Shown here: one piece after another, positions 53,791 through 64,000 of the stretch | Numbering within the stretch: position 1 is the first letter of the stretch | Layout of the letters: each line of letters starts with the position of its first letter | Assembly (NCBI GenBank): GCA_010093815.1 | Contig: ML996571.1 | Reading direction: 5' to 3' (one strand) | Source: Pseudovirgaria hyperparasitica | Taxonomy: Eukaryota | Length of the DNA: 64,000 nucleotides | Program-made: the position numbers and the translations under genes | Notes under the pieces: model-generated | The model's input: the letters and a program-made list of their open reading frames with translations, nothing else | What the model was told of the DNA's origin: nothing | Databases searched by the model: none

Positions 53791-56248
53791 CCGTATCTTT
53801 TCTAATGAAGGTAGAATTAGTATTCCTAAAGTATATCTATATAACTAAGGTATATGAGTAGAGGATTAATATACTATATATCCTTAGTTATAGTATAGAG
53901 AATTAAATAGCCCTATTACTCTCTAGAGGTAGGGTATTAATATATAAATACTACTATTATATAGATAGAAACTTAGAAGAAACGGGAAAATACTTATAGA
54001 TAGGTATGAATAGCGATTTTATTAAAGGTTCTCTACTATCTACTAATAAATTCTTTGGTATATTTAAGAAGATACTTATTTCGTATTATAAAGTTTATAT
54101 CCTAATTAGATTATATTCGATTCTATTAGCTTAATAACTCTTCTCTAGATATATTATAATTAAGGGCTTATTTCTTTTATTTCGGCTGGCTAGATATAGT
54201 ATATTTCCTAGAAATATTAATAAAGATAGTAAGGTATCTATAAGCAACGTATACAGAGATAAACTAGTTAAATACTTAGAAAAATTAAGCTTAAGCTATA
54301 ATAGACTATAGACTTATAACTAACTCTTAAGAGTTACTATTAATCTAATATATTAATCTACCTATATAGTATATCCCATTTACTCTAAGATTATATCTCT
54401 ACTTAGTTAGTCTAGATATAATATACTATACTCTACTTACCCTACTTAGTAAGGAGTAGTAGTAGATCTAGAGTTATAGTATAAAAGCTAAGACTCCGCC
54501 TTACCTTTATTAGAAAATATAGTTACTCTTATAGAGGACCTAGTAGCTAAGAGAGAGACTATTTCTAGAGAATTAAAAATTCTATTCTTAAGATATTACC
54601 TTAAACCTTTTAATACCTCTTTTCTTAGTATATTACCTCTAGTCTATACGGCTAGGTATATTAGTTCTACTAATAATTCTTCTAGATCTTAACGGAATAT
54701 CTAGGGAAGATCTATATCTATCCTATAGTATTATATCTAATCTTTAGAATATAGTCCTTAATATAGAGCTTAAGGAATAGCTATAGAATATAGATAAGCT
54801 TATTTAATCTTTAAATTATAATTATATATAAAATCCCAAGTAAAACGGTCTAGATCCCTATTATTCTAATAAATTTAGATATCTCTATAAGGCCGCTAAG
54901 GGTATACTTACCCTAAGTATACTAAAAGAATACTAAGGGTAGTTTAATTAATTTACTAATATATAATTCTACGTCTAACGGTTATCTAGATAATATATAA
55001 AGTTTATTTACTTCGTTAAGAAGAAGTATCTATACTATAGAGACTCTATATAGACGCCTATAATATATATACCTTAGCTTATTTCCTCTTAGATTAACTA
55101 CTAATATAGAAAATCTAAAAAGGATAGTAACTTCTAGCTTTTATAAGAAAGAAAGGATAGTTTCTAGTTATATATAATAAAAATACGTGCTACTATATCT
55201 TACTACTACTTATATATTATCTACTAAGGAGAGGGTTTGTTTATTTAGAAGACTAATAGTACTTTCTTAGGAAATCTAATTTATAGTAACCTTATAGCCT
55301 ATACTATAAAGGTACTATACTAGATAAAGGTACGTGGTAGAGAGGTATAGAAGAGTATATAGTCTATAATATCGTTTTATCTAAAGAGTCTCTATAAGTA
55401 TAATATAAATATTAAGACCTTAGACTATTCTATCTAAAACCTAGATAGTAAGGAAGGAAGAGTTTAGGCTAGTACGTAATAACGTATAATAATATACCTT
55501 TTATATATAATTACCTTTTAATATCTTCTTAGAATTAACGAAGCTTTACGTATTAAAGTTTAATATATCCGAATTTATAATATAAAGTCTAGAAAGGTTA
55601 AGATCTTACTTAACTTTCGGAAGTCGGCCTAGATAGATAGTATATTTCCTATAATATCTAATATCCATACTCTAAAAGAACATATATATAAATATTAAAC
55701 TATTCTTCCTCTACTTTAATCGAATAGAGCTATAGCTTAATATTCTAACTCTACTCCTTAAGTAGCTATACTAATTAAAGATCCGTAATAGATTCCTTTT
55801 TTACGGTTTTACTATATATAATTAACTAAAGCTTAATAAAGCTAAATACCTTATACGTATATCTATAGACGTATATTCGGTGCCTAGTTACTAACCTATT
55901 ATTATTACCTAGTCTACGTCTTTATTTCTTTAGAACTTCCGATAGAACCTTATAGATATCTAGCTTAAAAGTAGTCTCTATAGTAGCTACTTGTTTTAAT
56001 AAGACGGGGTTTAATTTCTTTCTAGTAAAAAGTACTAGAATCTTTAAAAAATATACGACTAGGGAGGATAGAGTATAGATAGTAAGTATTTTATAGTACT
56101 TTGGTATCTCTTTAGCGTAAATAACAACTCTATTTACCTACGGGAGGTATTTATAAATCCCTATATTACTATAGCTATTTGATATGGTTATTATAGTCGA
56201 AGTTATTAATACTTATAGTTATATTAGAATACTTATTATTATTTAAGA

Positions 56249-58357
56249 TCCATACTATCATGCTCCCGAAACTAGGAAAGAGCTCTAACTCCCTAAAGGG
56301 ATAGAGACCAATCGCCCTTCTCTCCTACCTAGATAAGATACTAGAGGCCATGATAGCGAAGAAGATAAGTACCGCGGTATAGGAATACAATCTCCTCCCT
56401 CCGAACCAGAAGGCAAAGGTAGATAGCTCCCTAATAATAGCTATCTAATATATTATCGAAGTCGTCTAGGCCGCATAGAAATAGGGACGGGTAGTATCGC
56501 TCCTCTCCCTCGATATAGCCGGAGCGTTTAATAAGGTAAACCATATAAGACTTATTTATAACCTCTAGATAAGACGAATACTAGAATAGATTATATACTT
56601 TATATAGTCATTCCTTACAGGAAGAATAACTTAGATATATATCCCTAGGTACTAGAGTAAATATAAAGAGACGGTATACGGCATCCTATAAGGGAGTACC
56701 ATCTCTCTAATCCTATTCCTCTTCTTTACGGTAGACCTTCTTTAAGGAATAAAGTATATAGAGATAGTCGGATACGCTAATAATATATACCTTCTAGCTA
56801 TTAATAATAATACTAACCGAACATATAGATAACTAGAATAGAATAATAAGAGGTACCTCTAGTAGGTAAAACGCCACGGAGTAAAGTTCGCCCTAGAGAA
56901 ATACTAGCTCATACACTTCATTAATTATTAAGGGAAATAGGTAACTAGGGAAGGCGAACGACGCCCCCGAATCGACGTATTTAATAAACTACTAGTATAA
57001 AGTATACGCGCGCTCGGAGTCATACTAGATAGTAAGCTTAAATAGGGACTATAAGTAGTATACGCCGTCTCTAGGGCCCTCTAGGTAGAAGCTACTATAT
57101 AATGGATTATAGTCTCCACGTAGGGAACCGCCCGGGATAAGGCACGCTAGCTATATATATCTATAGTACGACCCGCCTTTACGTACGGACACGAGTGCTA
57201 GTACACGGCCCTTATATAGACTAGGCGAATAAAGCTCGAATCCATATAGAACCGCATACTCCGTCTTATATTAGGCGTATATAAAGCTACTAATACGGTG
57301 CTACTACGACGCGAGATAGACGTTATAAGTATATATAACTTCTACTAGACATAGAGGGTAGTATACTTCACTAAATAATAAGTATAGGAACGTATAGGAA
57401 ACGTAGAATATACTTTCGCCGCACTACGTGCACGAATTAGTATATATTACCGCGCACTCCTATATATAGGCTAGAATTAAATATGGTATAGATACTTAAT
57501 AGAAGCCGACTCTAGCTAAGTAGTATAAGAAGTCCAAGATAACCCGGACGCTCTTCTAGACTAGTAGAGCCTTTAAGAACTCGTGAAAAATATACGGTCG
57601 TAGACTTAAGATAAGTAGAAAGAGATACTCTATGCCCACTAGACCTTCTAGTAGAATAGGTACCTAGAGTAGATTCAAGGGCCATAGAAGAAACTAAGTA
57701 AATAGATATATAAAGGGCTAACGAAAGCCTAAGTATCTATACTTATCTAAGCCCGAACGGGCGCCATAGAACTTCTATACTATATCTATAAGAGAGACGT
57801 TCCCGATACCTCTCTATAGTATAAGGCGTGCGGCCGGAGAGGTATAATACGCTACTATCTAGCTATATACCCTAACCTCTATATATAATGGTAATGGCTT
57901 ATCTACGTTACGAAGACTTTAGATATTATATAATAGCTTAATAAGTACCCTAAGGACGTCTCCCGATAGATACTTATATATCTACTACTTCTCTAGTACT
58001 AGTGGACCTAGAAATATATGCCGGAAGAGACCCGGTATACGCTAGTAGTAACCCGATATATACCGGAAGAACCCTAGGAGAACCCCGATTATTAGTCGAG
58101 GGCAGCCCTTAACTAATAACCTCCGCACCTATACGTGCTACCTAAGGGTAAAATAACGGTAATATAGGCTATAGGCTAATAGGCGTACCCTATAGCTATA
58201 TACTTAAGATAAAATAGAGGTTTAACGAGATATAGTTATAGATATAAGGAAGTTTTTTCCCTATAGGGTTTCTTCTTATATAGTGGCTTAGACTAGAGGA
58301 GGCATAGGCCTATAGAGTACTACTCTACCTAGTTATATAATATTATTATTATTATTA
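56249..58357 (+). mobile_element. Tad-like LINE, 5'-truncated within RT
   Basis: De-RIPed RPIALL, LDIAGAFDKV, GIPQGSTISPILF and VGYADD (~56767); (ATT)n tail; TSD TTATTATTATTTAAGA at 56233-56248 and 58358-58373. Confidence 0.93.
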
Positions 58358-58529
58358 TTATTATTATTTAAGACTTTACTTAAGCTTTCCGTTTTATATA
58401 TACTCTAGTATATATTTCTCTAATAATAAAACGAGTGTACTTTTTTAGTATTTATAGGAAACCATTAATATTATACTAGGATATAGAAAATACCTCTTTA
58501 TATATAGCTATATTTAGATAGATGTTTCT

Positions 58530-58980
58530 AAATATATAACTTAAATAAATTAATATAGAATAAGAATATATTAAAATATAGTTATAAATAATAGAATATT
58601 CTAAGTATAAATTAATATATAGAAAGAAAAAGCTAATATATAGCTATATATAATAGAATATATTAAAGTAGACATTATTATATTAGAAAGAATATATTAC
58701 TAGATAGATATATGTAATAGTATATATCTAAGTAGAAGTTACTATATAATAAGAATAGATTAATATATAGCTATATATAGTAGTATATATCTAAGTATAA
58801 GTTAATATATAATAAGATTAGATTAATATATAGAAAGAATATATTAATATATAGCTATATATAATAGTATATATCTAAGTATAAGTTACTATATAAATAA
58901 GAATAAGTTAATATATAACTATATATACTAGTATTATACTAAGTATAAGTTACTATATAGCTATATATACTAGTATAAAT
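58530..58980. repeat. Degenerate AT-rich tandem repeat (~40-bp units such as ATATAGCTATATATAATAGTATATATCTAAGTATAAGTTAAT)
   Basis: Recurrent units are visible but heavily RIP-eroded. Confidence 0.7.
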
Positions 58981-59176
58981 TAGGGTTAAGGTTTACTATA
59001 GCTTATTATGTTTTTATCGGAATATTAGAGATCCAAATATATTTAGCTTAGAAAAAACGATAAACTATACTAAGTTTAGTAGCTACTATATACTACTAGG
59101 TATCTTAGGAATCTAGATAAATAGTTCTTAGAAACTTACTAATATTAAGAAAAAACCGCCCCGAATCTAACTAGGT

Positions 59177-62100
59177 ATAATAATAATAATATTATATAAC
59201 TAGGTAGAGTAGTTTACTCTATAGGTATATACCTCCTCTAGTCTAAGCTATTATATAAGAAGAAACCTTTATAAAAGGAAAAACTTCCTTCTCTCTATAA
59301 CTATATCTCGTTAAGCCTTCGCGTTATTTTAAGTATATAGCTATTAGGGATACCTATAGGCCTATAGCCTATAGTACTATTATTTTACCCTTAGGTAGTA
59401 CGTGTAGAGTACGTGGGTTATTAGTTAAGGGCTACCCTTAACTAATAATTAGGGTTCTCCTAGGGTTCTTCCGGTATATACTAGGGCTTATCTAGTATAT
59501 ACCTAGCTTCTTCCGGTATATATATCTAGGTCTACTAGTACTAAGGAAGTAGGAAGTATATAAGTATCTACTAGGCGGTCTTCTTAGGGTACTCGTTAAG
59601 CTAGCGTGTAATATTAGAGGTCTTTATTACGTAGATAAGTATTTATCTTAGTGTATAGAGGTCCGTATATATCGTAAGGTAGTATTATATTATACCTCTT
59701 TGGCCGTATACTTTATACTATAGAGACGTGTTAGGGACGCCCCTCTAGTATAGATAGTATAGAAGTTCTATAGCTCCCGTTTAGGCCTAGAGGAGGATAG
59801 ATATCTAGGCTTTCGTAAGCCCCTTATATATCTATTTACTTAGTTCCTTCTATGGTCCTTAAATCTACTCTAGGTATCTATTCTATTAAGATATCTAGTA
59901 GGTCCGGAGAGCCTCTCTCTATTTATCCTAGGTCTATATCTTTATAGCCCGTATAAGCTCTTAAGGGTCCTACTAGTCTAGTATAATAAACCTTCTCTAA
60001 TAAGGATGCGGCTTATCCCTAGAGTAGTCCGTTCCATAGAGTGTCCCGGCTTTCCTAAAGGTAAAGGTACTTAGAAGGCTTAGAGGAGTATAAGTAGGTT
60101 TATAGTAAGTATTAATAGGGTATAAATGGTAACTAGCTAGTAGGCGAGTGAAGTAGTAATTATATCGGTATAAGTTTAAATTAATTACTATAGAACTATC
60201 TCTAGAGATCGGGTCTAAAGGGTCTATATAGTTCTACTAAGGTCCTCTAATTAGAATGCTTATTCTAAGCGTTTAGTACGTTACTTAGAATACCGATATT
60301 CTATTCCTAATTACCTAGTAGACTACTTAGAATACCTATTCTAAGTATCTATGATTGGCTCTCCCCATAGGTGTCTATCTTGGCCTTGGGTTACTACCTA
60401 AGGCTACCTATTATATCATAGGCACCTCTTCTACATGCTATGCTATTTCTTACGCTACTTATGCTAGAGTCTACGTATCCCTCTATGGCTCTAGCTAGTA
60501 ATTTATTACATCTAGAAAGGCGTCTAGATTATCCTCTATCTCCTACATAACCTAATTTAAGTCTATCTCTATTGGGCACCTATATTGTATCTAGGTTTAG
60601 TCTATATATAGTAGCGCTTAATAGTAGGTACTAACTCATGCGCGTAGTACGGTAAAGGTATATTCTACATGTCCCCCGCGTTCCTATACTTATTATTTAG
60701 TAAAGTATATTACCCTCTATATCTAGTAGAAGTCTTATATACTTATTACGTTAGTCTCGCGTTATAGTAGCCCTATATTAGTAGCTTTATATATACTAGA
60801 TATAAGGCGGAGTATACGGTTCTATATAGACTTAACCTTTATTTATCTAGTCTATATAAGGGCCGTATACTAGTACTTGTATCCGTACGTAAAGGCGGGT
60901 CGTACTATAGAGATATATAGCTAGCGCGCCTTATCCTAGGCGGTTCTCTACGTAGAGGCCGTAATCTAGTATATAGTAGCTTCTACCTTAAGGGCCCTAG
61001 ATATAGTATATATAATCTATAGGCCCTATTTAAGTTTCTTATCGATTATAACGCTAAGTATATATATACTCTATATTAGCGGTTCGGCGAAAGCGTCTAT
61101 TCTAGAATATCGCTCTCCTTCCTTAGTAGCCTATCTTCTATAGCGGTTAATAAAGTATATAAGTTAGTATTTCTTAGAGGTAAACTTTACTCCGTAGCGC
61201 TTTACCCACTAGATATATCTCTTATAGTCTTATTTAAGGCGTTTATATATTAAACTAGTATTATTATTAATGGCTAGAAGGTATATATTATCGGCGTATC
61301 CTACTACCTCTATATATTATATTCTCTATAGAAGGTCTACGGTAAAGAAGAGGAAGAGAATTAGAGAGATAGTACTTTCTTATAGGATACTATATATTAT
61401 TCTCTTATATTTACTTTAGTATCTAGGGATATATATCTAGGTAATTCTTTTAATAAGAAAGAACTATATAAACTTCGTAATCTATTTAGGTATACGTCTC
61501 CTCTATAAGTTATAGATAAGTCTTATATAGTTTACCTTATTAAATACGCCGGCTATATTAAGAGAGAGTAATATTACTACGCGTCCCTACTTCTATATAG
61601 TCTAGATAACTTTAAGAATATATTAGATAGTAGTAATTAGGGAGCTCCCGGTCTTCGTCTTCTAGTTTACTAGAAGGAGATTATATTCTCGTGCTACGGT
61701 ACTTATTTTCTTTGCGACCGTGGCCTTAAGTATCTTACTAAGATAGAAGAGAAGGGCGATTAGTCTCTATCCTTTTAGTAAGTTAGAGCTCTTCCCTAGC
61801 TTCGGGAGTATAATATTATAGGCTATCTAGAAGCTTTAGGGGTGGTATCTATTCTTAGTATATATCTAGAAGATAAGACTAATAAGTAGTAAGGTTACCT
61901 ATATAGTATGTTTAAGGCATCTATTTAGTATTCTATCTAGTCTAGGCGCTTTATCGTTTAGGAGTACTTTAATAGCGTTAAGTATATTCTCTTCCGTAAT
62001 CTCTATAGAGATATTAACCACGTCTAGATATATAGTACCGTTAATATTAGATAGGTCTACTAGCTCTAGGGGGGGAAATATAACTTCTTAGAGGATCTCT

Positions 62101-63660
62101 ATCTTTTCGGGGCTCATAGTATATATTCTCCCCTAGTATATTAGGGGAGGCATTAGTAGTAGTAGCGTTGGCGCGTCCACGCTCTTAGCCTACTTTACTA
62201 TATACTATAGCTCTACGGCTTATCGTGTGTATTTATTGGTAATTATATACTAGTATTTATATCATTTATTATGGAGGGCCCTATTATAAGATCGGATTAT
62301 CTCTTTCTATTTCTTCTATACCTTAGCTATCCGGATATAGTATATACGTATATATAGTCTCTAGACTTCCCGTCTACTTTTATATATTTAAGATATACCC
62401 CTTACGTCTAGGGGCTTATACGTTTAGTATAGTATATATTTATCTCTTAAGTCTTAGAAGGCTTAAAGAAGGACTTATACGGCTCTATCTATGGCCGGGC
62501 CGTTAGATACGTCGACTATAGAGAGGTCTAGGATTACCGATCCTAGGTTCTCCCTATACTTCTCCTAGTTAGTATCTTTCTAGAGCTATCTCCCCTATTA
62601 TTTATTAGACGTAGATACGTCTATCGCGGTCTCTATATACTTATAGTTAGAGTCTATCTATGTCTTACTAGGGTAGTAGTATTATACTCTATAGCTTATA
62701 TATTCCGTGGCAAGGATAAGGTTAAGTATAGATCTCTCCTCGTTCTATTTATATTTCCTCTACGTAATCTATCCGACTAGTATAAGGAGGTATAGAAGGT
62801 CTTAGTATCTTATATATAGTTCTCTTACCCTAAGCTCTTCTCTAATAACTATCGGACCTCTCTACTATCTATAGTAGAGGTTAAAGTCGCCTAGAAGGAT
62901 ATATTATTCTAGTACCGTAATGCCCTCTAGCATAGCGTCCGGTATAAGTAATTCTCTTTAGTTATAGATATTATAGATATAGAGGGGCCCTATATTTATC
63001 TAGAGATATAGTATTATCTAGAGGTTATCTTAGTCTATATAGGACTATTCTAAGAGCGGGATTAATTTATATATATAGAATAGGACTCTCCTACCTAGGC
63101 CTAGGGAGTAGATAGTATAGTATTCTAGGTGTATCGTGGGTTTATTGGTTTAGTAGTATTTATATAGCTCCTAGATAGCTATTATTACGGTATCTATCTC
63201 TTCTAGAAGCGTGGCCTAGTTTTCTTATTTATATTATACGTTTGCCTATATAATAATAAGTATATCTTAGCTCCTTATTAGGTACTAGGGAATGCTCGAG
63301 CCTATATACTAGTGGCGTTAAGGCGTAACTATCCCTACGCGGTAGCTGCCTTAAGAATACCCTAGGGTCGCTCTATCTTTCTCTATATGGTATACTATTA
63401 CGTGTTAGTCCCGCCTCCTTATAGATTAGTTAGTATAGTTACGGGTAAGGTTAGAGTAGGTAGTAGAGGCCTCGTAGCTTAGTATATCTACCTCGCCTCT
63501 CTTACCTTTATAGTATTAATATACTTAGTAACTTATCTATATTTTATACACGTCGCTAACTATAATAGATAGTTTCTATTATAGTTAGAGTACTTAGTAG
63601 TGTCTTTATTACGTGTATAGTCTTCCTATCCTTTATATAGGTATTTCTAGATACGGTAGT
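59177..63660 (-). mobile_element. Tad-like LINE with APE endonuclease and RT, interrupted by a solo LTR and by element B at 63661
   Basis: De-RIPed QANV..AIQEP (~63250-63165), ILLGDFNLHH (~62900), VGYADD (~61300) and ORF1 knuckle CSNCNGNH..C (~63590); (TTA)n tail at about 59177-59190. Confidence 0.93.
59982..60510. mobile_element. Solo LTR (529 bp) of another family, inserted in the LINE
   Basis: Termini T(A/G)TAATAAA...TTTATTACA; TSD TCTAG (59977-59981 and 60511-60515). This segment is absent from the other two LINE copies. Confidence 0.88.
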
Positions 63661-64000
63661 TGTTAGGACTTAGCCTTAGGTAGAACCTAACCTATACGTA
63701 CCTTAGCTAACAGGGTTAGAAGGTGACGTGAAGGGCGGTAAATAGTTACGTGCTAGATAGATTAGCGTCTCTTTATATATATACTCTCGGATTTCTACCG
63801 AAAGGGTTTAGTAGTAATTCGTTCTATAATAGAATATACTCTATTATTCTATCTAACTATACTACTATCTAATAACCCTATTCTTATATTCGAATTACTC
63901 TCTATATAGTACTATAGTTAAGATAGTCTAACTAGAACCGAGAAGGTCGATACGATCTACTATAGGGATAAGTAATACTATATTAAATAATAGGGATTCT
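63661..64000 (+). mobile_element. 5' end of another family B Ty3/Gypsy copy (LTR 63661-63888 plus leader)
   Basis: Near-identical to 7730-8070 apart from transitions. Confidence 0.96.

Larger units (their letters stand above)
53610..59100 (-). pseudogene. Large unknown RIP-destroyed gene, interrupted by the LINE at 56249-58357
   Basis: One minus-strand frame runs from about 56240 to 53610 (>850 codons) with only TAA/TAG RIP-type stops (e.g. KNRKKGIYYGSLISIAT near 55810). Extension beyond the LINE is less certain. Confidence 0.5.

Noticed and set aside
58979..58992. Telomere-like TTAGGGTTAAGG
   Set aside because: Only one perfect unit, which is expected by chance.
128..59176. Starship (DUF3435 tyrosine recombinase) or Helitron as the backbone element
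   Set aside because: No tyrosine recombinase or Rep/PIF1 motifs recognised, and the helicase is Upf1-like. A captain gene outside the window cannot be excluded.
63656..63660. GTAGT before the LTR at 63661 as TSD partner of ATAGT at 7725-7729
   Set aside because: Both precede same-orientation 5' LTRs in unrelated flanking sequence, so they cannot form a TSD pair.

Overview
AT-rich fungal (filamentous ascomycete) repeat graveyard. CpA/TpG is almost absent and TpA is extremely common, the signature of repeat-induced point mutation (RIP), so no intact gene survives. Proteins were read by reversing RIP transitions (TAG/TAA to Gln/Trp, TAT/TAC to Cys/His, AAT to Asp, AAG to Glu). Nested insertions: two full-length chromoviral Ty3/Gypsy elements (7730-15113 +, 22009-30051 -), two window-edge copies of the first family, an 11.4-kb Ylt1-like Ty3 element (37085-48525 -), three ~0.6-kb TRIMs (one nested in another), three Tad-like LINEs and a solo LTR. 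Removing them leaves a ~24-kb densely coding, RIP-destroyed backbone: a Plavaka-family transposase, a Upf1-like SF1 helicase with three CCHC knuckles, a SNF2 ATPase, a possible SGNH hydrolase and several unknown ORFs. This may be one giant cargo-carrying DNA transposon. Other notable points: the Ylt1-like element carries a third ORF with a 2OG-Fe(II) dioxygenase domain. Both chromoviruses carry a spliced antisense gene with a six-cysteine cluster. An LTR-LTR inversion is evidenced by swapped target-site duplications and a transposase frame that continues across the breakpoint. A 35-bp palindrome is shared by LINEs and the Ylt1-like element.
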